DNA of 64,000 bases, from the NCBI RefSeq assembly GCF_004010195.1, contig NC_057751.1, forward strand, positions 6,998,133 through 7,062,132, given 5' to 3'. Both the position numbers and the translations under genes were made by a program. Below the pieces are notes generated by a model. That model saw only the letters and a list, made by a program, of their open reading frames with translations. It ran no database searches and was not told the origin of the DNA. This stretch comes from Chiloscyllium plagiosum (lineage: Eukaryota). This document shows positions 12,140 through 24,708 of this stretch, piece by piece. Within the stretch, counting starts at the first letter, position 1; each line of letters starts with the position of its first letter.

Positions 12140-12445
12140 GGGTGGCACGGTGGCACATTGGTTAGCACTTCGGTCTCACAGCACCAGAGACCCAGGTTCA
12201 ATTCCCGCCTCAGGCGACTGACTGTGTGGAGTTTGCACATTCTCCCCGTGTCTGCGTGGGTTTCCTCCGGGTGCTCCGGTCTCCTCCTACAACCCAAAAA
12301 TGTGCAGGTTAGGTGAATTGGCCATGATAAATTGCCCGAAGTGTTAGGTGAAGGGGTAAATGTAGGGGAATGGGTCTGGGCGGGTTGCGCTTCGGCCGGT
12401 CGGTGTGGACTTGTTGAGCCGAAGGGTCTGTTTCCACACTAAGTA
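12140..12445 (+). mobile_element. HE1-type V-SINE
   Basis: tRNA-like head (GGTGGCACATTGGTTAGCAC...GGTTCAATTCCC), V-domain (gtggagtttgcacattctccccgtgtctgcgtgggtttcctccgggtgctccgg) and CR1-like tail ending aatctaa. Confidence 0.93.
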
Positions 12446-13077
12446 ATCTAAAATCTAATCGAACCTACGTTTCAAAGGATTATGCAAAAAATGATTTATT
12501 TCTAGTTTTATGGACAAACATAGCATGATCTCTCTAAAAGAGGTTATTTAAGTTTATTGTGCACATTGGAAACTACTTCTTAACATGGCTTCCCAAAAGT
12601 CACCTGACTGGTGATATTCCTACAGTCCAGGCTGGGGCTGTTTTTGAATAATGATTGGCTCAGAGAGGTTATTGTTCTATGTCGTTCACTAGAGGAAAGC
12701 CTTCCAGAAACAAGCTGCACATTTGGTCTCTCCCACTTCTGAAAAGAAAATTCTGTTATTGAGTTTCAGAAGGAAGCCCACTGCTTTTTTTTATGAAAGA
12801 CTGATCAGTGACTGGGCCACACATGCTAAAATAGCAAACGACCAGACTCCAGACCATCGTACACTTTATCCTTTTGTCTTTAAGAATAAACCCTTGGCAA
12901 ATTTTGTTTTCCAGAATAACAAACTCTGCACTTTTTAAAATCCTCTTTTCCTGAAGTGCATGTGCGTTTTGGGGATGTGTAAGAGAGATTAGCATTTATG
13001 CTTGTATTCTGGTTGAATATGTTAACCCATTGTCCATCTAAATTGAATAAGTGGTTTGATCATAAACCAGTATTTGT

Positions 13078-13465
13078 GTTTATTCACTCGTGGGACATGG
13101 GTGTCGCAGGCTGGCCAGCATTTATTGTCCTTCCTAGTTTCCCTTGAGAAGTTGGTGGTGAGCTGCCTTCTTGAACCACTGCAGTCCACATGCTGGAGGC
13201 TGATCCACATGCCTTAGGGGGGGAAATTCAGGACTTAGACCCAGCAATGGTGAAGAAGTGGCAATATATTTCCAAGTCAGGATGGTGAGTGACTTGGAGG
13301 GGATCTTGCAGGGGGTGATCTTCCCATTGTCCGCTGCCCTTATCCTTTGTCGATGCAAGTCGACTTGGGTTGGAAGATCCTGCCTCAGGATCTTTGGTGA
13401 ATTTCTGCAGTACATTTTGGAGATTGGGGGTACACAGTGCCACTCCTCAGCATCAGTGATGTATT
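13078..13465 (-). mobile_element. L2/CR1-group LINE 3' end (same family at about 20083-21075, 32950-33730, 46195-46875, 63645-64000 on minus; 33870-34195, 50400-50660 on plus)
   Basis: Minus strand SLTILTWKYIA...GLQWFKKAAHHQLLKGN*, followed by aataaatgctggcc...cccatgtccca. Confidence 0.75.
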
Positions 13466-15689
13466 GAGATACAGTGATTAATTGGTCATTTGGGAACTGG
13501 AAAATCATTATTATTTGAGGTTGTGACCTATGGAGACTTGGAGCTGAAACAAAAATACCCTGCTCGAGTTTTGGTCAAAAATTTACTTAGATTTCAATCT
13601 CTTCAACTGGCTTGAAATCTGTTGATAAGCTTTGATCCTTCAGGGCAAAAAATGAATGAATTTACTTGAGACTGAATAGAACACCTGCCTTCATGTGGAG
13701 ATGAATAATATTACACAAAAGCTTATAACTTCACAGATATTGGCTCTTGTTGCCCTTCTGGGCTAAAAACAGGCAAAATTACTCATTGTTTCTGGTACAT
13801 GTCTCATGTCCCATTGATGTCTGAAATAATTCAACATCTACATGATGTTTGATTTTATGGTGACCATGTCAAATAAACATTTGGGCCTCTTGTATGTTTT
13901 CATGAGGGACTGAATATCTATCATAAACCAAATTGGGGCACAGTGCCACTCCCTAATTTCCTGTTACAAAAGCAAATTGGCCTTGCTGCCCGATCATCTC
14001 ATCCATGGCACTCCTAAAAGTCACTTCCACCTTGTAATTCTACCCCCCCCCCAATCACCTGTCTCGCCAAGTCCCATTTGCAGTGGATACTGTCTGTGCA
14101 CCTTTATTTCCGGTCATCAGCGATCTCTACATTGGGAGACATCTCTGAAAACTTTGCAGAGCAATCAGTTGTGCGTCTTCATGGAGCTGGGGCAGAGAAT
14201 TGAATGCGTCGGCCAGAGTTTCCTCGATACTAGGAAATGCATGAGCAACAAACAATTGTCTTATCGCGGTCAGGACATGACCAATACACATTGTAGAGAC
14301 TGAAGAGATTGTTTCAGAAAGGTTCCATCTGGCATTACTTTCACCTTTACACAAATATATGAGCTAAAATATTGGTACAATGAACAGCCAGGGATATGAA
14401 GCATTCCATGTTGGAATAATCACAAGAGTGTAGCTTTTGTGTGGCAATTAAGACTGGCATGCAATTCCGTATGAAAATTTCTGAAGTCAGATAATTAAGA
14501 CTGATTGCTATCTGTGAAAGCTGTATTGCAAAATCATTAAGTGTAACGTCTTACTTATCGAGTACCAGACAAAAGACAGACACTGTTGCCATGGTGACTG
14601 CTGTGACATTTTTTTGCGAACAGGAGATAATTTTGAAGAACTATCAGTTTGTACATGCGCGAAGGAAGAATCACAAGAAGAGCTGTGTTGGCCATTCATC
14701 ATTGATGCGTGCTTACATGAAAAACATCCATCCAATATTCTAAGTCGCTGAATAATATCAACATTGATGTAATCTATTGAGTCAGTGAAAATACCCCAGG
14801 GTATCACAGTTTTCATTATAAATGTGGTGAAAAATGAATAACATAATTTGTGTTACAGCTGGGATTTATCACTCACTTACGGGCATAAAGTATTTCGTTT
14901 CTTGATGTGTCATTCAGTGAATGGAGGGGTACTCACCTGTGTAAAATACTAACTTCCCCTGCAGCCTATCCACCAAGTGACTGTCTGTGCTGCAAAATCG
15001 TCACAGAAATCTTGCCAGAGAGGGTATGAGCACCTGCCGGTCAGTTTTGGCAGTGCATTTGCGACAGGATATGTTGCAAGGATTGAGTTGCAAGTCCTGG
15101 AGAAAGACCTGCACGTCGAGGGTTTGCCCCAAATGCTGGTGTTTTTGTGCAGAGTTTCTGGGTGGGTGTGCGGATTCTGGAGTTGCGGACATGTGCCTCA
15201 ATTTATGATGAAACACTCTCGTTACATCCTCCGCTTCTCTCCTGAACAAGCCGGCCATCTGTGACTGGTGATGTTCATGGAAGTGGCAATTCAAAAAGTT
15301 GCTCAGCAGCAATATTTGGGGATCTCTGAACAGGAGTACAAAGGGATCAGAGTGATCAAGTCAGACTTATGTGAAGGAAATACAGGTGACTGTTAGAAGT
15401 GCTGGTTTTTGGTTATTTTGCAAAGAAAACAACTGAACTGCATGGATTCTGTTTCTGGGACAAGGTGCATTTGGCATTCTCTGTTGTGTTACAACTCAAA
15501 CCAAGTTCTAAGATTTATTCGGCAGCTAGGTGTTGCAGTCAGGGCTTGGAAAAGGTTCTTGAGATTGTATTGCTCACAAGAAGCAAAGTGCCACCAAGTG
15601 TTTAGGACATCTCAGAGTGGAACTTGGTTGTACTTACTTGATTTAACTGAGCAAAATTAGAGCTGTGAGAAAAATAACAGAAATATTAA

Positions 15690-16310
15690 AGAAAAACAGA
15701 TATTGCTGGAGAAACGTTACAGGTCCAGCAGCATCTGTGGAGATTTAAGAGCTAATGTTTTGAGTACAGTGATCCTTGTTCAGAACTTATAGTTGCTGAG
15801 TAAAGCTGAAGCCAAAAGGTGTTATTGCGGGGAGAAAAGGAATGAAGGACAGTAAGGCAGAAACAATAGCGGGGCAGACAAAGGGACGGATGATAATACC
15901 ACCAGGGAGAAAGAAAAGCTGACAATGGGGACCACAGGTAGGTGCAAATGGATTGTCTGTGCTGAGAGCAGCCTCGTGTCATGTCAAGTGTGAGGACGGG
16001 GAAAGGACATGGAAGAAGGTGCTCCGGCCCTGAAATTATTGGACCAGATATTGAGTCCTGAAGGCTGCACGGTCCCCAGATGGAAAATGAGATGCTGTTT
16101 TTCCAGCTTGTGCTGAACCTCACTGGAACACTGCAGCGGCTCCAAAAGAGAAATGTTGGCCAAGGAACATGGTGGTGTGTCGAAGTGGCTGTCAACTGAA
16201 GCTCAAGATCATTTTTGCGGTATGTAGGTGTTCCGCAAAGTAGGTCACCCAGTCTGTCATTTGTCTCCCCAGTGTGGAGTAGGTCAGATTGTGGGCTATT
16301 TTGCATGGGG
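15690..16310 (-). mobile_element. Penelope-like element (family B) 3' fragment with GIY-YIG C-terminus
   Basis: HTGETNDRLG...FAEHL and QCSSEVQHKLEKQHLIFHLGTVQPSGLNI across frames. The 3' end carries a decayed hammerhead and cagatgctgctggacctg. Confidence 0.8.
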
Positions 16311-16671
16311 AAGTGAAAAACTGTACCAGTAAATAAATACTGGATTGCAGTGGAACATAGGAAAAGGAAACTGTTGGGACCAGAACAGTTTTGTTGCAGT
16401 CCTTGATAGTCTGGCTATTCAGAAAGAGTTTCAAGGCCAGATCAGCAACATGAAGAATTGTAACCTCATCTGAAGTTTAATTAAATTCAATTAATTGATG
16501 GAGGGGGCTACTGCTGAAAAATTGAGAAATCACATTTGATCGCATTTGATACTTTCATGCATACACTGGGATGTTTGATCACAATATGTTTCCTGTGTTT
16601 GCAAAGTGTTGATTCTGTGTTAAAAATAAGTTAAGCATGGATTGTAGATTGTAGATCTGACTTGTATCATA

Positions 16672-17545
16672 TACAGTCATACCTGTCCGTGCGGACCAAG
16701 CTAAGCTAGTTGCACTTGGCTGCATTTGGCCCATATCCTTCGAAACCTTTCATATTCATGTACCTGTCGAGATGTCTTTTAAATGTTGTAACTAAACCTG
16801 CATCTGCCACTTCCTTTGGCAGTTCATTCCACATATGAACCAACCACCCTCTGTGTGAAACTATTGTCACACAGGTCTCTTTTAAACCTTTCTCTTCTCA
16901 CCTTAAAAATATGCCTCCCTAGTTTTGAACTCCTCCAAACTAGGGAAAAGACCTTAAATATTCAACTTATCTACAGGTGACATGATTTTATAAACCTCTA
17001 TAAGATCACCCCTCAACTTCCTACACCCCAGTGAGAAAAGTCCCAGCCTATTCAGCCTCTCCTTATAACTCAAACCTTCCAGTCCTGTCAACATCTGGTA
17101 ATTCTTTACTGAATTGTCTCCAATTTAATAATATGCTTCCAATAGTAGAGTGACCAGAACTGTATATGATACTCCAAAAGTGGCCTCACCAACATCCTGT
17201 ACAACCTCAACATGACGTCCCAACTCCAACACTCAATGGTCTTAGCAATGAAAGCAAACATGCCAAATGCTATCTTAACCACTTTACCTCCCTGTGATGC
17301 AACTTTCAAAGAACTATGTACCTGAACCGCAAGGTCTCTCTGCTCGACAGCACTACCCCAGGGCTCTTCCATTAATTGTATAAGTTCTGTGCTTCTTCGT
17401 TTTACCAAAATGCAAAACCTCACATTTATCCAAATTAAACTGTATCTGCCACACCTCAGCCTATTGGCTCAATTGATCAAGATCCTTTTGTAATCTTAAA
17501 TAATCTTCTTCACTGTTAACTGTACCATCAGTTTTGGTGTCTGTG
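16672..17545 (-). mobile_element. CR1-clade LINE 3' part
   Basis: QRDLAVQVHSSLKVASQ...LYRMLVRPLLEYHIQFWS, followed by a CR1 3' UTR. Confidence 0.9.
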
Positions 17546-18043
17546 GAACCTTTTGGCTTTATTCTCTTAGTTCGCCCACTGGTTATCAGCTGTTTGTCTC
17601 CTTTAAAAATAAAGATTATTTGATTCTCAGCAGAGCATGAGGCGGTTTGGTGCTCTCACTGTAAAGTTTAGTCTGGGCACTGTAAAATGTTTCGTTAACA
17701 CCTCGGGAGTGAGGGCATCATCATCTCTCTGGATAAAGGAACAGTCCTCGGAGAGATGAAGAGAAAGTTTTTTCGCTTGGCCCTTTTGCTCTTCAGAACA
17801 CTCAAGCCCAGAGAAATAATTTGTTGTGAAGATCGTTCAAAGCAGAGCTTGGATCAGCTCTGGGGCACTGAAGAATTTGAGTGATATGGTTATTCGGTAG
17901 GAAAGTGGAATAGACTTTGAAGTTTATTGACTGGTGTGGTTGACTCCAGGGGCTCTGGATGATCTAATCTTGAATTATTACATTCTCAAGCAATGTTTCT
18001 TTGAAAACTTGCATCTCAACAGTTTCTTTGTCTTGCTTTTCAG

Positions 18044-18224
18044 GTTGAATGGCTGAAGAATGAGGAGCCGATTGATCCAAAGCGTGATCCGAACATTTAC
18101 AGCACCGCAGAGCATGATCTCATCATTGAGCAAGCGCATCTCTCTGACTCAGGCAACTACACCTGTGTCGCTACAAATGTGGTTGCCAAACGACGCAGCA
18201 CAGCTGCCACGCTGACCGTGTTTG
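18044..18224 (+). CDS. UNC5D: Netrin receptor UNC5D-type, exon encoding C-terminal part of Ig domain 2 (181 bp, phase 0 to 1)
   Basis: Acceptor tcttgcttttcag|GTT and donor TTTG|gtaaga. Translates [60 protein letters not shown], matching the UNC5 Ig2 motif (VEWLKNE...LSDSGNYTC...VAKRRS). Not in the ORF track. Confidence 0.95.
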
Positions 18225-18250
18225 GTAAGAAGTGAGACCCTGTGGCAATA

Positions 18251-18830
18251 CAGAGGAACCTCAATTATCCGAACGAGATGGCCAGGCACTATTTCATTCG
18301 GATAATTGATTATTTAGTTAATTGATTTACTCTGGGGCTCGGAGTTTTCCGTGAAGTCTGTTCCCATTCAGGATTCTAGGCAGCAGCACAATGCACGCCA
18401 CCCCTCCCCTCAACCCCATCTGCCCCCAGCCCCCGGGACAGTCGGTCTGGACACCAACAGTAAGACTGCTGCCTCCTTTGTGGGGTGAGTCTCCAAATAG
18501 CGCACACACACAGCCACATGGCCATGTTTTTACTGCAACCTTTTGACAGGTTCCACCTTTGCCCTGTACAGGACAATGTTAGAGAGATTATCTGGGGAAT
18601 GGGGGTTTAGGGTTCACCCCTGTGTCGAACTCCAGGGGAAGTGTAGAGTGAGAGAGACAGAGGGCAGGAGGTCAGTCATTTGGAGACGGTGCCTGGACTG
18701 TCCAGGACTGTTCTCGGTAGTATTTCAGTGAGCCAAGTTTGTTTTTAATCAATGTATCTGTAAACAAAGACACAGTCAGGGTTGAAACAGTTCTTTGATG
18801 TAATGTTTCTATTGGGACCTTGGGATCCCT
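18251..18830. mobile_element. Tigger/pogo-like non-autonomous DNA transposon, one terminus only
   Basis: TA|CAGAGGAACCTCAATTATCCGAA terminus, same family as 4447-4616. No matching right TIR found, so the right boundary is uncertain. Confidence 0.6.
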
Positions 18831-19747
18831 GACTGTTCAGCAGAGTCTCCGACGGAAACAAAAGAACTGAGTAGAAGTTTGAAGCTTTGTTTATCAGGAA
18901 ATTGGGTGATGTGGTAGGCGAGCGTCTCTTTCCCCTTTATGAAGCAGAACAGGGAAGTTTACAGCCACCTGTGAGGGCCAGCAGAGCCCCATTAACATTT
19001 TTGACGGTTTTGACATGGGGAGAATTACGTTGACGCAGGAGGCGTCTTTGGAGCTGTCTATGTACCCTGGAGAGCTCTGGATACTCTGTCATTGAGTTTA
19101 TTTGCAACAGAGACTGATACATTTCTGAGTACTGAAGAAATTGGAATAGAGGTATTGTGCAGGATCGTGGCATTGATGACAGTGGATAGCCGGTTTCAAA
19201 GAGTTTACTCCTTTTCCACATATCAAAGACAACAGACCAGATTATATGGGGACCTGTGTTCTTTGTATCTGTACCACACCTAACAACACCACCTCCCCAC
19301 CCCACCCCACCCCCTTCAAAACTATCGGGTCAGTGGGGACCACATCCATGATAAAAGCAGGCTGGCCAGGGTCATGTTACACTGGAAACAGCAGTCCAGG
19401 TGACACTTTTGCCCTCATCCGGCAAAGACATCCCGGCAGATCTGAGAGATAGTCAGAGTTTGGAGGGATCTGTTGAGACTACAGCCACACCTCAAAGGAG
19501 TTTAGACTCTCGAGGCCAGACTGTAACCCCGTGCAGAGTTGAAATTGGCTGGTTCTGGCTTCAGAGCCAAGGCCGGTCAAGGGAGGAGAGCTAAAGGCAG
19601 GATATGACCTTGTAAAGGTAGTTCCCATGGGCATAGGGCTCCAACCAACCTTTCCTGATACTAACTGGCTATCTGTTTAATTCAGGCCTCCCTTTATTAT
19701 GGCTTAGATAGACCATAAGAAATAGGAGCAGAAATTAGGCCATTCAG

Positions 19748-19826
19748 TGTGCTCGAAATGTTGAGTCTCCTCCTCCTTGGATGCTGCCTGACCAGCTGTG
19801 CTTTTCCAACACCACACCTTTTGACT
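19748..19826 (+). mobile_element. PLE-end mini-element (family B) inserted in a CR1 3' end, TSD CATTCAG
   Basis: Starts within hammerhead stem II (gtgctcGAAATGTTGA), then gatgctgcctgacc. CATTCAG at 19741-19747 and 19827-19833. Confidence 0.75.
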
Positions 19827-20127
19827 CATTCAGCCCATCGAGTCTGCTCTGCCATTCAATTATGGCTGATAAGTTTCTCTAAGACCAAAAGACGTCGAGG
19901 CAGGGGAGGATGAGACCCTGTAATGACTATAAGTTTGTCATTTAATTGACTATGCCCAAGGGCAGGAGGGATGCCCAAGACATTCACTGCCCCGCCCACC
20001 TTCTCTTCGCAGTCCCCACCCTCCCTGCACCTCCTGCCCCACAAAATGAAGTTGGCTACATTTTGCAAGCTTTTGTTTTTATTAATTCTTGGGATGTGGG
20101 TGTCGCTGGCTGGGCTAGTATTTATTA

Positions 20128-20298
20128 GAGACAAAAAAACTGCAGATGCTGGAATCCAAAATACAGTTGACAAATAGGAGGCTGCAACAGCACAGCAGGC
20201 AGTCCTGAAGAAGGGCTAAGACCAAAACGTTGACTTCTCCACCTCCTGATGCTGCCAGATTTGCTGTGCTCTTCCAACCTCCTGTTTGTCTACTTTGG
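20128..20298. mobile_element. Palindromic PLE-end mini-element with central hammerhead motif, inserted in an L2-like 3' end
   Basis: Inverted arms gacaaataggaggctg...cacagca and tgctgtgctcttccaacctcctgtttgtc. Centre AGTC-CTGAAGA-AGGGCTAAGACC-AAAACGTT-GACT (stem I AGTC:GACT). Degenerate TSD ag(t/c)atttatt. Confidence 0.7.
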
Positions 20299-20699
20299 GT
20301 CAGCATTTATTGTCCAACCCTGGTTGCCCTTGAGAAGGTGGTGGTGAGCTGCCTTCTTGAACCACTGCACTGCAGATGCTATATGTTGACCCACAAAGCT
20401 GTTAGAGACGGAATTCCAGGATTTTGATCCAGTGACAATGATGGAACAGTGATATATTTTCAGGTCAGGATGGTGCGTTGACTAAAAAGTGTTGTGATGT
20501 TCTCAGGTACTTGGTTTTCAAGCTGGAAGTGGTCGTCATATTGAAAGATGCTGCCGAAGGATCTTTGGTGAATTTCTGCAGTGCATCTTGCAGGCAGCAC
20601 ACACTGCTGCCACTGAGTGTTGGTATGCGAGAGAGTGGATGTTTGTAGATGTGGTGCCAGTCAAGCAGGCAGCTTTGGCCTGGATGAAGTTGAACATCG

Positions 20700-21012
20700 T
20701 GGGTGGCACGGTGGCACAGTGGTTAGCACTGCTGCCTCACAGCGCCAGAGACCCGGGTTCAATTCCCGACTCAGGCGACTGACTGTGTGGAGTTTGCACA
20801 TTCTCCCCGTGTCTGTGTGGGTTTCCTCCGGGTGCTCCGGTTTCCTCCCACAGTCCAAAGATGTGCAGGTCAGGTGAATTGGCCATGCTAAATTGCCCGT
20901 AGTGTTAGGTAAAAAGGGGTACATGTAGGGGTATGGGTGGGTTGCGCTTCGGCGGGTCAGTGTGGACTTGTTGGGCTGAAGGGCCTGTTTCCACACTGTA
21001 AGTAATCTAATC
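20700..21012 (+). mobile_element. HE1-type V-SINE inserted in an L2-like element
   Basis: Full tRNA head, V-domain and tail ending gtaagtaatctaatc. Confidence 0.94.
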
Positions 21013-21184
21013 TTGAGTGTTATTGGAGCTGTACGCATCCAGGCAAGTGGGGAGTATTCCACCACACTCCTGATTATGCCTCCAGAGCTGGTGATGGAGG
21101 CAGCTACGACATGGACTTTTAAGGGATTTTTAGATAAGCATGTGAATATTCAAGGAATGGAGATATATGGACCAAAGGCAAGCA

Positions 21185-23315
21185 GAAGGCGTCCTCACAG
21201 TCCACTGGAGTCATGCCAGATAATTGCAGGGTGGCAAATGTTATTCCCTTGTTCAAGAAAGGGAAATGGGAAAACCCTGGGAAGGATGTAGGACCATTCG
21301 GCGCAGCCACTTTGGCGCAAGCGATTCAGCGCAGCCGGTTTGGCGCAGACCCATTTAGGCGCGGAACTGTTTCGGCTCAGCTCATATTTATTCCTTTTCA
21401 GGCTTAGTTACAAGCATTAATGAAAGCAATAAAAAGAAAAATAATGTTTATCCTCTTCAGTAAAAATGTTAAAAAGAAAATAAAAATGAAAGAAATAAGG
21501 TAAATACGAAAAATCTGAAATATGACATTTATTCAAAATTATGGGCAATCCCTCGTAAATACTCAGTCATTTCTCTCACTAAATCTTCTTACAAGTGTTT
21601 GTATTCTAGCATCTGCTTCCCTGAATTTCTTCAATTTCAACGGAATATCATTTTAATGGGTTATATTTTATTTTAATAATAACTACAAAGCACTGAATAA
21701 CTACAAACTACTGAATAACTACAAAACAGTTCTGCGCCTAAATGGGTCGCGCCAAACCGGCCGCGCCAAATTGCTCGCACCTAAATGGGTCTGCACCAAA
21801 ACGGGCTGCGCCAAACCGGCCGCGCTGAATCGCTCGCACCAAAGTGGCTGCGCCGAATGGTCCCACTCCGCCCTGGGAATTGCAGACCAGTCAGTCTTAC
21901 GTCAGTAGTGGGCAAATTATTGGAGAGGATTCTGAGAGACAAGATTTGTGACTACTTGGAAAACCATAGTTTGATGAGAGATAGTCAGTATGGTTTTGTG
22001 AGGGACCAGTCATACCTCACAAACCTTATTGAATTCTTTGAGGATGTAACAAAACACATTGATGAAGGTAGAGCAATGGTGGATGTGGTCTACATGGAAT
22101 TTAGCAAGGTGTTTGATAAGGTAGGCTCATTCAGAAAGTAAGGAACCTTGGGAAATTTGGTTGTTTGGATATAGAATTGGCTGGCCCACAGAAGACAGAG
22201 GGCGGTGGCAGATGGAAAGTATTCAGCTTGGAGCTCAGTGCCCAGTGGTGTTCGGCAGAGATCTGTTCTGGGATCTCTGCTCTTTGTGAATTTTATAAAT
22301 GAATTGGATGAGGAAGTGGAAGGATGGGTTAGTAAGTTTGCCGATGACTCTAAGGTTGGTGAAGTTTTGGATAGTGTGGAGGTTGTTGTAGGTTGCAACA
22401 GAACATTGACAGGATGCATAGCTGGGCTGAGAAGTGGATGGTGGAGTTCAACCTGGAAAAGTGTGAAGTGATTCATTTTGGAAGGTTGAATTTGGAAGGC
22501 AGATTGCATGGTTAAAAGCAGGATTCTTGACAGTGTGGAGGTACAAAGGGATCTTAGGGTCCACGTCCACAGATCCCTCAAAGTTGCCACTCAGGTCGAT
22601 CGGGTTGTGAAGAAAGCATATGGTGTGTTGGCTTTCATTAGCAGGGGGATTGAGTTTAAGAGCTATGAGGTTATGCTGCAACTCTATTAAGCCCAGATTA
22701 GACTACAGTTGGAATATTTTGTTCATTTCTGGTCACCTCATTATAGGAAGGATGTGGAAGCTTTAGTTCAGATGAGATTTACTAGGATGCTGCCTGGACT
22801 GGAGGGCATGTCTTATTAAGAAAGGTTGAGAAAGCTAGAGCTTTTCTCATTGGAGCAAGAAAGGATGAGAGGTGATGTGATAGAGGTGTACAAGATGATG
22901 AGCACAGATAGTGAACAGCCGGTGACTTTTTCCCTGGACTGAATGGCTATTACGTGGGGGTACAATTTTAAGGTGATTGGAGGAAGGTTTAGGGGAGATG
23001 TCAGAGTTAAGTCATTTACACAGCGAGTGGAGGGTGCGTGGAATGCACTGCCTGCAGTGGTAGTAGAGTCAGATGCATTAGGGACATTTAAGTGACTCTT
23101 GGATAGGCACATGGATGATAGTAAAAGGAAGGGTACGTTGGTTAATTTGATCTGAGAGTAGGAAAAAGGTCGGTACAACATTGAGGTCCAAAAGGCCCAT
23201 ACTGTGCTGCACTGTGCTATGTTCTGTGTTCAATTTGGCGTCATGTTTGGCACAACACCATGGGCCGAAGGGCCCGTTCCTGTGCCATACTGTTCTATGT
23301 TCTGTGTTCTATGAC
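21185..23315 (+). mobile_element. CR1-clade LINE ORF2 3' half, interrupted at 21284-21870; duplicated 3' terminus at about 23235-23315
   Basis: ANVIPLFKKGKWENP|GNCRPVSLTSVVGKLLE, YMEFSKVFDKV, KFADDSK, then a 3' UTR with a tgttct tail. Confidence 0.93.
21284..21870 (-). mobile_element. Non-autonomous Mutator-like (MULE) DNA transposon, 587 bp, 9-bp TSD
   Basis: CCCTGGGAA at 21275-21283 and 21871-21879. Long TIRs (GGACCATTCGGCGCAGCCACTTTGG...) built of 14-15 bp subrepeats. AT-rich interior with minus-strand KKFREADARIQTLVRRF / EYLRGIAHNFE* at about 21529-21632. Confidence 0.85.
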
Positions 23316-23608
23316 TCAGAGTCAAAGGTGCACTACGTCAAAGTGCATCTTTCCCCTCGCCTGCACAGTCCCCAATAATCTGCTCATGTTCACCATTTTT
23401 AAGGCCAGTGCAGATGGATTCTTGATCACAGAAGAGTCAAAGGCTACTGAGGATACATGGGAGTGTAGAGCTGAGGCAACCAACAGATGATCCATGATTT
23501 TGTAGAATGATTGGGCACACTTGAGGAGCCAAGTGACCTGCTTGTGCTCTTCGTTCATCTGCTCACTGAGCATCTAATGTGTCTGACCCGTGTGCATTTC
23601 TTTTGCAG

Positions 23609-23776
23609 TGAATGGTGCCTGGTCAATGTGGACAGAGTGGTCACCTTGTAGTGTCCGATGTGGCAGAGGATGGCAGAAACGAACACGGACCTGCACCAAC
23701 CCGGCCCCGCTAAATGGGGGAGCCTTTTGCGAAGGGACTTCAGTTCAGAAAATCGTCTGCTCCTCCCTCTGCCCAG
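23609..23776 (+). CDS. UNC5D: UNC5D-type exon, thrombospondin type-1 repeat 1 (168 bp, phase 1 to 1)
   Basis: Acceptor catttcttttgcag|TG and donor CCAG|gtgaga. Translates (V)[55 protein letters not shown], with WxxWxxW, CSxxCG and RxRxC motifs. Confidence 0.97.
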
Positions 23777-24536
23777 GTGAGAGCCCCAACTGGAAAATGA
23801 AAGAACTGGCAAGATTGTAAACATTGAGGTTGCTTGGCAGCCACGGGGTGTACACATTGATTTTTGTCACTCTCATCATCTCAAAGTGTGGATCTGCACA
23901 GCAGACCATAAGAGCAATCAGTATTGTCATTACATTGAAATACGTTATGCTTGATAGTCATATTATTGAAACCAATATAAAACAGAGGAATTGAGCAATT
24001 TCAGCTGCTTGAAGGTAATAAATTAGAAATTCTTTTGTAACAGTACAACAATCAGAAAGGATTGAAGTGGGTGATGTTCACAGGGTTGACATGAAATCCA
24101 ACCAGCTTTCTCTCATCATCATTAACATCAGTGGGACACTTACCATTCAGGAGTTGAAGTGGCAATGAAGGAATAAGTGATGAAGATTCTACAAAAAAGT
24201 ACATTAGTTATGAGAGAAACACAGTTAGCGTGTCAGGCTGGTGAGTCTTCATTTGAACTGGTAAATGTTTGAGCTGTAGCTGACTTGAAGCAAGTACACT
24301 GCTGGGAAAGCTGCAAAACGGGATCATGCAGGGCAGGCAACATTAAACATTGAGAGAGTTATGCTTGAAGAGAAAGTGAGGTGATAAGGGCAAATCTGAA
24401 AACAAACAATGGGCCTAAAGACAGGAGATGTAATTGGGAATTAGAGAATCAATACTCACACCTGCCTTCAGATAATCAGAAATTGTTGAACTCTGTGCTG
24501 AGTCTGGAAGATTTGAAGTTATGATTAAGGCTTTCA

Positions 24537-24708
24537 TAGAATCATGGGAATCCCTACAGTGTGGAAACAGGCCATTTGGCCCAACTGACCCTCCGAAGAG
24601 TATCCCACCCAGATCCATTTCCCAAACCCATTACTCTACATTTCCCCCTGACTAATGCACCTTGCGTACACATCCCTGAACACCATGGGCAATTTAGCCT
24701 GGCCAATT
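24537..24708 (-). mobile_element. HE1-type SINE 3' half
   Basis: Reverse complement of ttggccaggctaaattgcccatgg...cctgtttccacactgtagggattc. Confidence 0.85.

Noticed and set aside
12140..12215. tRNA-like A/B boxes (also at 20700, 47155, 62085-62147)
   Set aside because: These are heads of HE1 V-SINEs followed by the V-domain and LINE-like tail, not tRNA genes.
18834..18997. TGTT...AACA-bounded segment resembling a solo LTR
   Set aside because: No TSD, PBS, PPT or second copy found, so it cannot be supported.
21291..21865. Regular 14-15 bp repeats resembling a CRISPR-like or iteron array
   Set aside because: They have no unique spacers and form the two inverted ends of a TSD-flanked transposon in eukaryotic DNA.
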